Notes: generated from the sequence alone by a model not told the origin. Positions 1 to 9,434 are shown, counted from the first letter of the stretch. The stretch: DNA of 37,073 nt from a virus (IMGVR_UViG_3300025630_000025:1-37073), one strand, 5' to 3'. Translations and numbers: made by a program.

Positions 1-391
1 CGATCACGGTGACCCGCACCTCGAGTGTTCCCGGGCAGCCGACCGGGGTGTCGCTGGATGCCGGTGATGGGCAGATCACTGTGACGTGGTCAGCACCTGA
101 TGACGATGGTGGATCAGCAATCACGGGATACACGGCGTCCACCGCATCGGGCGGCACCTTGTTAATCAAGACGGTCAGTTCGTTAGGAGCGCCGGGAAGC
201 CTGCCAATTAAGTCAGATGGCTCACAGGCCAGGGCCTCCGATAGTGCCTCCAGAATGGGCTGGGAATAGGGCTGCTTGCCCGTCTCGATCCTAGACAGGG
301 ACGGCTGGGTAATTCCCACGCGGTTGGACAGTTGAACTAGGGTTAACCCCCGGAATTTCCGCCACTCGCGTATGTAAATTCTCCTCGTCAT
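1..391 (-). CDS. XRE/CI-like phage repressor, runs off the left edge; C-terminal part possibly chimeric
   Basis: Not in ORF track. Manual translation from ATG at 391: MTRRIYIREWRKFRGLTLVQLSNRVGITQPSLSRIETGKQPYSQPILEALSEALACEPSDLIG, a typical XRE HTH, divergent from the cro-like gene. Confidence 0.85.
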   Translation of the reverse strand, partial: MTRRIYIREWRKFRGLTLVQLSNRVGITQPSLSRIETGKQPYSQPILEALSEALACEPSDLIGRLPGAPNELTVLINKVPPDAVDAVYPVIADPPSSSGADHVTVICPSPASSDTPVGCPGTLEVRVTVI

Positions 392-453
392 TTGTCCATT
401 TTGCCCGCGCCCCCCTATTGCGCAAAATATGCGATACCCGTATATTGCGCCTC
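392..453. promoter_or_regulatory. Divergent repressor/cro promoter region
   Basis: Plus strand: TTGCGC(418-423)-17 nt-TATATT(441-446). Minus strand: TTGCGC(425-420)-16 nt-CAAAAT(403-398). Direct repeat TATTGCGC at 416-423 and 443-450. Confidence 0.55.
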
Positions 454-672
454 ATGAAACTCGAAACATGGTTAGCCCGTCAGGGCCTCACGCAAGCGCA
501 ACTGTCCGAGATGGCCGGGGTTTCCCAGCCAACAGTCAGCAGGATTTTGAGCGGTGAAACGCCGCTACCGAGTTGGCGGACCATTGCCCGTCTCCACCAA
601 GCGACTAAGGGCGCTGTGACTGCGAACGACTTTTTCAAGTCTGCTCAACAGGGGACGGAAGCAGCATCATGA
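454..672 (+). CDS. Cro-like HTH regulator
   Basis: MKLETWLARQGLTQAQLSEMAGVSQPTVSRILSG...VTANDF is a Cro/XRE pattern. ATG 454 preferred over TTG 418. Confidence 0.85.
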   Translation: MKLETWLARQGLTQAQLSEMAGVSQPTVSRILSGETPLPSWRTIARLHQATKGAVTANDFFKSAQQGTEAAS

Positions 673-1022
673 AACATCAAGTTGAAAGCGACCGCAACGA
701 CTCTAAAGACTTTTCTGCTGAACTTGTGACGAGCGGGACAGTTAGTGTTGAGCAAGTCCAGAACGCACAACCGTTAGGGCAGAGGCTTGGCCTATCCTTC
801 TCCTGGCGATGCCTTCAGCTGTTCAACGAAGGCCACGACACGCACCACATCGCGAAGATCATGGAAGCCGAGCGGGTCAAGCGCCCCGGCAAGAACACCG
901 TCATCACAGAAGCACGAGTTTACAACGCGATGAGCAAAGCGCGGGACAGCATTTACGAGCGGGGGCTTACGTTTCCGCGCGTGAAGGTGGGGGAAGTGAA
1001 GTCGAAGAGGAGTGAAGCATGA
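669..1022 (+). CDS. Hypothetical protein (possible DNA-binding protein)
   Basis: ATGA overlap with cro; part of the coupled early operon. Confidence 0.55.
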   Translation: MKHQVESDRNDSKDFSAELVTSGTVSVEQVQNAQPLGQRLGLSFSWRCLQLFNEGHDTHHIAKIMEAERVKRPGKNTVITEARVYNAMSKARDSIYERGLTFPRVKVGEVKSKRSEA

Positions 1023-1447
1023 AAATCCTTTCTTTCATTACTGACAAAGCCGAAGCCATCAACCGCAGTGAGGGCCGCGTTACTGAGGTCAAGGGGCGCT
1101 ATCACCGCTTGTGCCACCAGAACGGCCTGATTGAGCTTTCATTCAATCTGGCACCCGACCAGCGAGCCGCTTTCGACCAGAAGGCCGTCAGCTTGGAAGC
1201 CGTCATGAACAAGACGGTTTCATCTGCCACGGACGCGATGAACGCCAAGATTGCGGCGGCAAAGCGTGAAGCCGAGGACCTTGTGTCCAAGGCTCGCGCT
1301 CAGTACGACGCGGACGTGTTCGCCTTGTTTGCTGAGTTTGGCAAAATCCCGAGCAGGGAAGCCCTCATCACGAATGACACCCCGGTAGGCCACGTTGTGC
1401 GCTTGCCGGAGAGTGCCATCGTCCAGCCAGCAAAGAAGGCGGGCTAA
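1019..1447 (+). CDS. Hypothetical protein
   Basis: ATGA overlap, 142 aa, helical composition. Confidence 0.6.
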   Translation: MKILSFITDKAEAINRSEGRVTEVKGRYHRLCHQNGLIELSFNLAPDQRAAFDQKAVSLEAVMNKTVSSATDAMNAKIAAAKREAEDLVSKARAQYDADVFALFAEFGKIPSREALITNDTPVGHVVRLPESAIVQPAKKAG

Positions 1448-1452
1448 CGAAC

Positions 1453-2295
1453 ATGACCCGGAAGGTCCCCCCGACTACTAGTTCCGGGTCATCAGTCCCC
1501 GACGCGGCTTGCTCCCCAGCGACTGCGTTCCGCGTCGGGGCATCTCATTACGACGCAGAGCAAAACAGCAAGGAAAGCTACGCGGTGGCAATAGACGCAA
1601 TGCGGGAGAAGCTGGAATCCTTCCGCTGTGAGCGGGTGGGGGATGCCACGCTTTACCTTGGTGATTGCAGGGAAATCCTTCCTTTGCTTCCGAAGGTGGA
1701 TGCTGTGGTGACTGACCCGCCTTATGGTATTGGCAAGGACGGGCAGAAGCGAACAACAGGCGGGCACGGCGGGCGCAAGGCTTACGACTTCATGGGATGG
1801 GACGCCTCACGACCTGACCCTGAGACATTCGCCGCTCTACTGAACGCAGGCGCGCAACACGTCATCTGGGGCGGGAATTACTTTGCAGACCTCTTCCCCC
1901 CGACCGGGAAGTGGCTTGTTTGGGACAAAGGGCAACGCATCAACCAGTCAGACGGCGAACTCGCTTGGACGAGCCGTCAGGTAGCGTTGCGCATCTTTGA
2001 ACTTAACCGGGTCGCGCTGATGCTCGACGGCGCACAGCACCCGACGCAAAAGCCCGTCGAAATTATGCAGTGGTCAATAGAGCAACTCGAAAGCCCACGC
2101 ACCATCCTAGACCCCTTCATGGGTTCCGGCACTACAGGCGTAGCCTGTGCCAAGCTAGGGCGGAAGTTCATCGGGATTGAATTGGAGCCGAAGTATTTCG
2201 ACATAGCCTGCAAGCGCATAGATGACGCTTACAAGCAGCCAAGGCTGTTCAAGGACGAGCCAGCGCAGAAGCCGAAGCAGGAGGAACTGCTTTGA
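1453..2295 (+). CDS. Orphan DNA N6-adenine/N4-cytosine methyltransferase (beta class); true start may be ATG 1600
   Basis: Motifs GDC...VVTDPPY, HPTQKP and ILDPFMGSGTTG...GIE in beta order. No cognate restriction enzyme nearby. Confidence 0.9.
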   Translation: MTRKVPPTTSSGSSVPDAACSPATAFRVGASHYDAEQNSKESYAVAIDAMREKLESFRCERVGDATLYLGDCREILPLLPKVDAVVTDPPYGIGKDGQKRTTGGHGGRKAYDFMGWDASRPDPETFAALLNAGAQHVIWGGNYFADLFPPTGKWLVWDKGQRINQSDGELAWTSRQVALRIFELNRVALMLDGAQHPTQKPVEIMQWSIEQLESPRTILDPFMGSGTTGVACAKLGRKFIGIELEPKYFDIACKRIDDAYKQPRLFKDEPAQKPKQEELL

Positions 2296-2660
2296 GTTAC
2301 GCAGAAGCCCGCTTTGACATGCCCCCCTCCGCCAACCGCATGTGGCGCAAGGGCCCGTTCGGGATGCATCCGAGCGCGGAATACAAAGCCTGGAAGACGG
2401 CTGCGTCCACTCAAGTCCTCATAGGCCGCAAGGGCCTCACGATCGACGCCCCCGTCGAAGTCACAATCGTAGCGAAGCAGACCCACAAGGGTCGCGATTT
2501 AGACAACATCATCAAACCCTGCGTGGACGCTCTCCAAGAAGGCGGGCTGCTGTCCAATGACAACCATGTGCGCCGCCTGTTCGTCAGGTGGGCTGACTTT
2601 GCGCAGGACGAGAAGGAATTGGCTGGACGAGAAGTTCGCATTGAAGTGAGGACACTGTGA
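2292..2660 (+). CDS. rusA: RusA-family Holliday junction resolvase
   Basis: PPSANRMWR...RDLDNIIKPCVDAL...LLSNDNHV matches the RusA catalytic DxDN...K...D pattern. Confidence 0.85.
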   Translation: MSYAEARFDMPPSANRMWRKGPFGMHPSAEYKAWKTAASTQVLIGRKGLTIDAPVEVTIVAKQTHKGRDLDNIIKPCVDALQEGGLLSNDNHVRRLFVRWADFAQDEKELAGREVRIEVRTL

Positions 2661-2971
2661 TGACTCAAGACGCACTTGATTTCTTCGGCATGTCACGAAC
2701 TGCCGACCCTGTTACATCCAAGGATGCCGCCGCGAAGGTGGATGCAAGGGGCCTTAGCAAGCTGGTGTTGAAGGCGCTGAAGGTAAGCCCGAAGACCTCA
2801 GAGGAAACGGCAGCATTTCTTGGCCGTGAGTTGGGTTCCATTACGCCCCGCTTCAAGCCCTTGGAGACTGCTGGCCTGATCCAGAAGACCGGGACCAAGC
2901 GCGCTGGCAAGTCTGGCTCACAGCGCGTGGTGTGGGAAGTCACCTTGCTGGGGGCCATCCATGCTGCGTGA
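2657..2971 (+). CDS. Winged-helix DNA-binding protein
   Basis: RTADPVTSKDAA followed by TSEE...ITPRFKPLE...GLI, a common phage wHTH pattern. Confidence 0.65.
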   Translation: MMTQDALDFFGMSRTADPVTSKDAAAKVDARGLSKLVLKALKVSPKTSEETAAFLGRELGSITPRFKPLETAGLIQKTGTKRAGKSGSQRVVWEVTLLGAIHAA

Positions 2972-3242
2972 CATCACCCCAATCCTGATGGGCGATCCCG
3001 GCTCAACGTATCGGAGAAATCCGACGCCATCGGAAATGAACATGCATTCGGTTGGCAAGTGGACGAGAACCCCAACAGTCCGCCGCCGCAGGGCTTCCAT
3101 GTGGAACATGGAGGTTGGGCAGTCGTTCCTGGTTGGCTCACGCACTGCGGCCATATCGGCTTGCAGGAGGCTTCGTGAAGGCGGGGTTGAATGCCGGATG
3201 GAGAAGTGCGCCGATGGGTATTTAATCAGGAGGGTTGGGTGA
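2961..3242 (+). CDS. Hypothetical protein
   Basis: Fits the operon. MEVGQSF motif is seen in small phage DNA-binding proteins. Confidence 0.55.
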   Translation: MLRDITPILMGDPGSTYRRNPTPSEMNMHSVGKWTRTPTVRRRRASMWNMEVGQSFLVGSRTAAISACRRLREGGVECRMEKCADGYLIRRVG

Positions 3243-4052
3243 ATGGCCCGCATCAGAACCATAAAGCCCAGCTTCTTCCGGCACGCGGACCTGTTCGACG
3301 CCGAGCAGAAGCACGGCCTGCCTCTTAGGCTGGCGTTTGCTGGCTTATGGACAGCAGCAGATCGTGAGGGACGCTTTGAGTGGAACCCGCGCGCCTTGAA
3401 GCTGGATGCACTGCCATACGATGAAGTTGACTTCGGCAAGGTTCTGGACGCCCTCGCCTTGGAAGGATTCCTCGTCAAGTACAAGGTTGGCGCACGCACA
3501 TATGGGTGCATCCCGAGTTGGGCGAAGCATCAGCAGGTAAATTCGCGCGAAACCGCCAGTTTAATCCCTGCGCGAGACGAAGCAGGCGCAAGCACGTGCA
3601 CGCACATGCCTGAACCAGTGCAGGAACGAGGGGAAGGGAAGGGAAGGGAACAGGAAGGGAAGGGAACGGATACTGCTACGCAGACGGAAAAAGTTCCGTC
3701 GATTGAGCAGCCAAGTCCGCTTGACCTGAAGAAAGAAATGTTCGCCAGGGGTGTGAGTTATCTGACCTCGTGCGGACTTTCCCAGCCTGATGCCCGCTCG
3801 ATGCTCGGAAAATGGAGGCGTGACCACGGGGAGGTCGCCACGCTGATGGCGCTTGCGACTGCGGAAGGTGCCGCAGTTTCAGAGCCAATTCCTTACGTTC
3901 AAGCCATTCTGAGAGGTAACAAAAATGGAAAACAACCCAGCAAGCAACCGCTCTCTGATCACCCGCTCGGGATTTTTGGCGAACTCGGAGACGAGATTGC
4001 AGAAGCTGACGAAGGCAGTCGGGGAGCCGATTACGCCAAGGCAGTTAACTGA
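3243..4052 (+). CDS. Phage replication initiator / replisome organiser
   Basis: N-terminus MARIRTIKPSFF...GLWTAADREGR; GKGREQEGKG linker encoded by purine-rich repeats. Confidence 0.8.
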   Translation: MARIRTIKPSFFRHADLFDAEQKHGLPLRLAFAGLWTAADREGRFEWNPRALKLDALPYDEVDFGKVLDALALEGFLVKYKVGARTYGCIPSWAKHQQVNSRETASLIPARDEAGASTCTHMPEPVQERGEGKGREQEGKGTDTATQTEKVPSIEQPSPLDLKKEMFARGVSYLTSCGLSQPDARSMLGKWRRDHGEVATLMALATAEGAAVSEPIPYVQAILRGNKNGKQPSKQPLSDHPLGIFGELGDEIAEADEGSRGADYAKAVN

Positions 4053-4533
4053 GCAAATGGCTAGGCTGAACGCCACATTCGGGACGCCGAAGGACCGCAC
4101 ACCGGAGCAGGCCAGGATCATGGCGAATGAGTGGTTCAAGGCCCTGCGTGGGTTTGGCGAGCGCACCGTGGTTGGGGCGATAACAAAGGCAATACAGGCA
4201 TGCAAATGGTGGCCTTCATTGGCCGAGATTGCCGAGCATTGCCGGAACGATGACGAGAGCTGGCGGGAGGCTATTGGCGTCAAGGGAGAAACTGGCGGGC
4301 CGAAAAGGTTTACCGAGAAGCAGGAACCCGACCTGACGCCGGACGAGATCAGCCGCCGCGCTGCGGTCATTGCCGAAGCCAAGCGCAAATACGGCTGGTC
4401 CCCAGCCTTTGACGCATGGGACGAGTGCAACAAGCCCCAGAAGGCCGACAACGGCCCGTTTGTAGTCGAGGTCAGCGACGTTTCAGACGAACTACGGGCA
4501 GTTTTGAAGAAGCAGAAAGGACGCAGCCAATGA
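3925..4533 (+). CDS. Putative helicase loader/inhibitor-like replication protein (start uncertain, 3925 or about 4057)
   Basis: Directly follows the initiator; W...L...AI...KWWPSLAEI motif. Confidence 0.55.
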   Translation: MENNPASNRSLITRSGFLANSETRLQKLTKAVGEPITPRQLTEQMARLNATFGTPKDRTPEQARIMANEWFKALRGFGERTVVGAITKAIQACKWWPSLAEIAEHCRNDDESWREAIGVKGETGGPKRFTEKQEPDLTPDEISRRAAVIAEAKRKYGWSPAFDAWDECNKPQKADNGPFVVEVSDVSDELRAVLKKQKGRSQ

Positions 4534-4739
4534 CTGACATGGAAATCATGCAAATCCTAACAAGCGGCATGGACATCTTTGACCAAGGGAAGGCTTTTAG
4601 GAAAGCGTTTGACGCCCTGAAGCCATCAGCCCTCAAGGTCCAGCCAATCAAGGAGCGCAAGAAGCGTGTCAAAACTGCACTCATCCAGACTGAAGCCGGA
4701 CTAGTCCAGAATGGCCTTGACCATGCCGAAGCGAACTGA
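4530..4739 (+). CDS. Hypothetical protein
   Basis: ATGA overlap at 4530 (MTDMEIM...). Confidence 0.5.
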   Translation: MTDMEIMQILTSGMDIFDQGKAFRKAFDALKPSALKVQPIKERKKRVKTALIQTEAGLVQNGLDHAEAN

Positions 4740-5226
4740 GCCGACTGAGGGCTCTGACTACGGCACCCCGGAGGCCCGTCGCAGGGCCTTCTGGGTGGTC
4801 GAGCAGCCCAACCCAGAAGACCGCTCCACCAAGCGCATTCGGGTCGAGCAGGACATGATTGATTGGTATCTGCGCCGCCAATACATCACGGTCATCCAGG
4901 CTGATGCCCTCCGCAAGTGGCAGGCTGATGCCTACCTCAGTGGCCTCCTGCCAGCCTGTATCGGGGGCTACCAACAGAGCATTTACGGGGGCCAGAGCGA
5001 ACTCTCTGACCTCCGCATTGCAGCCCAATCCCGCAGGGCAAACGCCATCAAGTTCGTGGCGAAATTGGGCCACAACGCCGTCCAATTGGTGGATGCTGTG
5101 GCTGTAAATGGCAAATCAGCGGGAAGGTGGTGGCTGGAAAACATAGGCGGGCCAGCGAATGATGCGCTTGTCATGCTGGATAAATTGGCTAATGGTCTGT
5201 CTAGGCATTATGGGCTCGCTAAGTGA
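4711..5226 (+). CDS. Putative late-gene activator/antiterminator (Q position)
   Basis: Last early gene before a promoter-terminator unit. C-terminus ...LANGLSRHYGL resembles alphaproteobacterial prophage DUF6456-type proteins. Function inferred from position. Confidence 0.55.
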   Translation: MALTMPKRTEPTEGSDYGTPEARRRAFWVVEQPNPEDRSTKRIRVEQDMIDWYLRRQYITVIQADALRKWQADAYLSGLLPACIGGYQQSIYGGQSELSDLRIAAQSRRANAIKFVAKLGHNAVQLVDAVAVNGKSAGRWWLENIGGPANDALVMLDKLANGLSRHYGLAK

Positions 5227-5238
5227 TAAAAACATCAC

Positions 5239-5267
5239 TTGACCTTAGAAACCATCTAAAGTAGAAA
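5239..5267 (+). promoter_or_regulatory. Putative late promoter (pR'-like)
   Basis: TTGACC-17 nt-TAGAAA, overlapped by inverted repeat AAGTGAT/ATCACTT (5221-5240). Confidence 0.5.
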
Positions 5268-5323
5268 AACGGTAGCGCCCGAACTGCGTTCGAAGCGCGA
5301 CTCCATCCTCCTCCGAAACTGTC

Positions 5324-5348
5324 AGCCCTGCGAAAGTGGGGCTTTTTT
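5324..5348 (+). terminator. Intrinsic terminator (tR'-like)
   Basis: AGCCCTGC-GAAA-GTGGGGCT stem followed by a T run, upstream of terS. Confidence 0.8.
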
Positions 5349-5393
5349 CATGGGTGACTCATGGCGAAGAAGCGCAAGGGCGGTCGCTGCTAA

Positions 5394-5795
5394 GTGGCTC
5401 TCGCCGAAACTGAATCAACACAAGAGAAACACTGGCTATGGAAGCCGGGGGCCTCACCAAATCCTGCGGGCAGGCCAAAAGGAAGCCGTAACAAGCTGGG
5501 AGAGGCTTTTGTCGCTGCTCTCCAGGACGACTTCCTCGAACACGGGCCGAAGGTCATTGAGACTGTCAGGGTTGAGAAGCCTGACGTTTACCTCAAGGTC
5601 ATTGCCCAGGTGATCCCGAAGGAAATGACCATCAAGACGGATACATTTGACGGCATCACAGATGAGCAACTCGCCGCTATCGTCGCTGCCGCCAGAGATG
5701 CTCTTGGCCTTGGTGAAGGCGGGATCATCGACATTACAGACGCGAGCGTCGGAAAACCGGCTGAAGAATTACAAGCCATACCCAAAGCAGGCTGA
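5394..5795 (+). CDS. terS: Terminase small subunit
   Basis: WKPGASPNPAGRPKGSRNKL N-terminal motif; immediately upstream of terL. Confidence 0.75.
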   Translation: MALAETESTQEKHWLWKPGASPNPAGRPKGSRNKLGEAFVAALQDDFLEHGPKVIETVRVEKPDVYLKVIAQVIPKEMTIKTDTFDGITDEQLAAIVAAARDALGLGEGGIIDITDASVGKPAEELQAIPKAG

Positions 5796-7122
5796 GTTTC
5801 ACGCGGCTGGCTCATCTCATCGTGAGCGCCTCTTCATGGCGGCGAACCAAGTCGGGAAGACCCTCTCAGGTGCGGCTGAAGCCTCGATGCACCTCACGGG
5901 CCTCTACCCGGATTGGTGGCAAGGCCGCAGATGGGACAAGCCTGTAGTCGGTTGGGTTGCAGGCGTAACTGGCGAGAGTACACGCGACACGGTCCAACGC
6001 CTTTTATTGGGCGGTCCAGGTCGCCACGGAACTGGCTATATCCCAAAGGCATGTATAGTTGACAGCCCAGCTGCCCGTGGCGTCCCGGACTTGGTGGATC
6101 ACATCACGGTCAAGCACGTCAGTGGCGGGACTAGCCTGGTTTACGCCAAGTCATACGAGAAGGGCCGCGAACGCTGGCAGGGCCAGACGCTTGACTTCGT
6201 TTGGTTCGATGAAGAGCCCCCACCAGACATATACTCCGAGGGGCTCACTCGTACCCAAGCAACCAATGGCATGGTGTGGATGACATTCACGCCGCTCTTG
6301 GGCATGTCAGATGTTGTCATGAGGTTCCTGATGGAGCAAAGCCAAGACCGCTCCGTCACGCAGATGACCATTGATGACGCCGAGCATTACACGCAGGAAG
6401 AGCGGGACCGCATCATCGCTGGCTATCAGCCACATGAGCGGGAAGCACGGGCCAAGGGCATTCCCATCATGGGATCAGGCCGGGTGTTCCCGGTCAGCGA
6501 AGAGCAAATCACCTGCGATCCGTTCCCAATCCCGAATTGGTGGCCTGTCATCGGCGGCATTGACTTCGGGTGGGACCATCCATTCGCTGCCGTGAAGCTG
6601 GCCTATGACAAAGATTCAGACATCGTCTATGTGACGAACGCCTATCGGATACGGGAGGCAACGCCTCTCATCCACGCGGCTGCGCTCAAGTCCTGGTCGA
6701 AGGGCTGGGAGGCTGGCACGAACTTTTATTACGCATGGCCCCACGACGGCCTGCAGCATGACAAGGGCAGCGGCAAGCAACTGGCCCAAATCTACCGTGA
6801 CGAGGGGCTTCAGCTTTACTACGAACACGCCAAGTTCCCGGATGACAGGGGAACGGGTGTCGAAGCAGGCATCACGCTGATGCTGGAGCGCATGCTGCAG
6901 GGCAGGCTCAAGGTGTTCTCGAACCTGACCGAGTGGTTCGAGGAGTTCAGGCTCTACCACCGCCTTGAAGGCAAGATCGTGAAGGAGCGTGATGACCTCA
7001 TGTCAGCCACGCGCTACGCCATCATGATGCTTAGGATTGCCAAGGGGCAGGCGCGAGAGCCCGTGAACGACAGGTATCGCAGACGCTCGTCATCGAGCGA
7101 TGGGAGTTGGTTGACGCAATGA
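5662..7122 (+). CDS. terL: Terminase large subunit, P22-like (start 5662 or 5698)
   Basis: YPKQAEFH, Walker A-like AANQVGKT, Walker B VWFDEEP, TFTP, nuclease motifs GIDFG and DDLMSATRYA. Confidence 0.95.
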   Translation: MSNSPLSSLPPEMLLALVKAGSSTLQTRASENRLKNYKPYPKQAEFHAAGSSHRERLFMAANQVGKTLSGAAEASMHLTGLYPDWWQGRRWDKPVVGWVAGVTGESTRDTVQRLLLGGPGRHGTGYIPKACIVDSPAARGVPDLVDHITVKHVSGGTSLVYAKSYEKGRERWQGQTLDFVWFDEEPPPDIYSEGLTRTQATNGMVWMTFTPLLGMSDVVMRFLMEQSQDRSVTQMTIDDAEHYTQEERDRIIAGYQPHEREARAKGIPIMGSGRVFPVSEEQITCDPFPIPNWWPVIGGIDFGWDHPFAAVKLAYDKDSDIVYVTNAYRIREATPLIHAAALKSWSKGWEAGTNFYYAWPHDGLQHDKGSGKQLAQIYRDEGLQLYYEHAKFPDDRGTGVEAGITLMLERMLQGRLKVFSNLTEWFEEFRLYHRLEGKIVKERDDLMSATRYAIMMLRIAKGQAREPVNDRYRRRSSSSDGSWLTQ

Positions 7123-9434
7123 TGATGACGCAGGAATCCCAAGTCCTCGCTGGAGGTGAAGGCGGCGAGGGCGGGGAAGCCGCGTCTGATGACACCGATC
7201 TCGTTGCAGAAATCCGTTCCAAGGCCAAGGACGCGAGACAATCGCGCCAGGCATGGATTGACGAGGCCAAGGAATGCCGCCGCATGGTGGCGGGCGATCA
7301 GTTCTCGGATGAGGACAAGCGCATCCTGCAGGAGCAGCGCCGCCCTCCCGTGGTGTTCAACCGCATCGGCCCTGTCGTTGACGTGGTTGGTGGCCTTGAG
7401 GTCTCGAACCGCCAAGAGGTGCGCTACATCCCCCGCGAGTTGGGTGATGCTGGCCTGAACGAAGTCCTGACTGGCGCTGCCAAGTGGGTACGTGACGAGT
7501 GCAACGCCGAGGACGAGGAATCGGAAGCGTTCCTCGACATGTCCGTCATTGGCGAGGGCTGGACCGAGACGAGGCTGGACTACGAGTACGACCAAGACGG
7601 GGCTATCGTCATCGAGCGCGTTGATCCGCTCGAAATGCTACCGGATCCAGCCTCGACCAAGAAGAATTACCGTGACGCCGAGTGGATCATCCGCGAGAAG
7701 ATGGTCCGTTTGGCGTGGGTCAAGGAGACGTGGCCGGACAAGGCCGACGAGTTGGGCATGGCCCGCCTTGCGGAAGATGATGGCGACTTTGATGGCGAGA
7801 GCGTGCACCGCAATGTGGTGGGCGACCAGTATCAGGCCCCGTCCTCCACGGGCAGCAGCAAGGCGTATCAGCAGCAGGTCAAGCTGACCGAGTACCAGTA
7901 CAAGAAGCGCGAGCCGTATTACCGCGTTCAGCACCCCATGACGGGGCAGGTGACGGAGCTAACGGAGGCGGAACACCAGAAGCTCCAGGCGCGGGCCACG
8001 GCAATGTTCGGTGGACCGGTCAAGTCGGTCAAGCAGAGCCGCTGCGTTTATTGGCGTGCCTTCGTGGTTGGCGAAGTGCTTCTGGAGAACAAGGAATGCG
8101 CCGACCCGACCAGCTTCTCCTACAAGGCCATGACCTCCAAGCGCGATGCGGCCAAGGGCTGCTGGTATGGCCTCGTCCGTGGCATGAAAGACCCCCAGCA
8201 ATGGGCGAACAAGTTTTTCAGTCAATCCATGTATATACTCAACGTGAACGCCAAGGGTGGCGTCATGGTCGAGAAGGATGCCGTGGACAAGGTGGCAGAC
8301 TTCGAGCGGACATGGTCAAATCCGCAAGCAATCACATGGGTTGAGCCTGGTGCAAATGTGCAGGGCAAGGTTGTCCCAAAGCAGCCTCCTGCATTCCCGC
8401 CTGAGATTGCCAATCTGATGCAGTTTGCCATCCAGAGCATTCGGGATGTGTCCGGTGTGTCGGTTGAATTGCTTGGCATGGCAGATCGTGACCAGCCTGC
8501 ATCTCTGGAGTATCAGCGCAGGCAGGCTGGCGTGACCATCCTTGCCACGCTGTTCGATGCACTGCGCAAGTACCGCAAGGAGCAGGGGCGGTCGCTGCTG
8601 TATCTCATCGAGAATTACCTGTCGGATGGCAGGCTTGTCCGCATCGTGGGCGAGAACGGGCAGCAATATGTGCCGCTCGTCCGTTCCCAGAAGGACAACG
8701 CCCGATATGATGTCATCATCGATGAGGGTCCGAATTCGCCCAACATGAAGGAGAAGACGTGGGCCATTCTCCAGCAACTCCTCCCCATGCTTCTTCAGGC
8801 TGGCGTCAAGATACCGCCGGGCGTGATTGACTACCTGCCTCTGCCTCAGTCGTTCATTGATCAGATGAAGAAGCCTGATCCGCAGGCCGCGCAGGAAGAG
8901 AAGGTGCAGAAGCAGCTCATGGTGGAGGAGAAGCAGGCCGATACTGCCAAGACGCAGGCGCAGGCCGCTCTTGCGGCGGCACAGGCTAGGCTTGCAGAAG
9001 CGCAGGCGCAGCAGGCACAGGTCGAGGCTAGCCTGCAGGGCCAGCAGCTTCAGGCGTCAGACCAGAAAGTCCTGCACGAAATGCAACTCAAGACGGCGCA
9101 GGCGCAGCAGCAGATGGAACTGGCGCAGCGCAGTGTTGCCCTTGAGCAATGGAAGGCAGAGCAGGACATTGCCCTCAAGCGCGAGGTTGCGGCGGCAGAT
9201 TTGCGGCTGAAGCACGCGAAGCTTGAAAGCGATGCTGCGGCGCAGGCCAAGCAGGCCGAGATGAGGGACGCGAAGCCCAAGGACGAGGGTGGCGGGAAGT
9301 CGGATGCGAGCATGCTTGCGGTGGCGCAGGGTCTTGAGGCCATCGGGCGCGGCCACGAAGCGATGGCTGCGGCGTTGAGCAAGCCAAAGACGATTCATCG
9401 CGGCCCTGATGGCAAAGCCTTGGGGATTCAATAA
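7119..9434 (+). CDS. Portal protein, P22-like, with long Q/A-rich coiled-coil C-terminus
   Basis: GDQ...RPPVVFNRIGP, YGLVRGMKDPQQWANK and YDVIIDEGP; follows terL. Confidence 0.92.
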   Translation: MMMTQESQVLAGGEGGEGGEAASDDTDLVAEIRSKAKDARQSRQAWIDEAKECRRMVAGDQFSDEDKRILQEQRRPPVVFNRIGPVVDVVGGLEVSNRQEVRYIPRELGDAGLNEVLTGAAKWVRDECNAEDEESEAFLDMSVIGEGWTETRLDYEYDQDGAIVIERVDPLEMLPDPASTKKNYRDAEWIIREKMVRLAWVKETWPDKADELGMARLAEDDGDFDGESVHRNVVGDQYQAPSSTGSSKAYQQQVKLTEYQYKKREPYYRVQHPMTGQVTELTEAEHQKLQARATAMFGGPVKSVKQSRCVYWRAFVVGEVLLENKECADPTSFSYKAMTSKRDAAKGCWYGLVRGMKDPQQWANKFFSQSMYILNVNAKGGVMVEKDAVDKVADFERTWSNPQAITWVEPGANVQGKVVPKQPPAFPPEIANLMQFAIQSIRDVSGVSVELLGMADRDQPASLEYQRRQAGVTILATLFDALRKYRKEQGRSLLYLIENYLSDGRLVRIVGENGQQYVPLVRSQKDNARYDVIIDEGPNSPNMKEKTWAILQQLLPMLLQAGVKIPPGVIDYLPLPQSFIDQMKKPDPQAAQEEKVQKQLMVEEKQADTAKTQAQAALAAAQARLAEAQAQQAQVEASLQGQQLQASDQKVLHEMQLKTAQAQQQMELAQRSVALEQWKAEQDIALKREVAAADLRLKHAKLESDAAAQAKQAEMRDAKPKDEGGGKSDASMLAVAQGLEAIGRGHEAMAAALSKPKTIHRGPDGKALGIQ

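Noticed and set aside
1-157. Fibronectin type III-like fragment (PGQPTGV...ITVTWSAPDDDGGSAITGY) on the plus strand, opposite the repressor C-terminus
   Set aside because: Most likely a chimeric contig end (foreign DNA joined near 140-157) rather than a dual-coding gene. Read mapping would decide.
5662-5795. Long terS/terL overlap; similar overlap at 3925-4052
   Set aside because: Start codons are uncertain and such overlaps are common in phages; no slippery site recognised.
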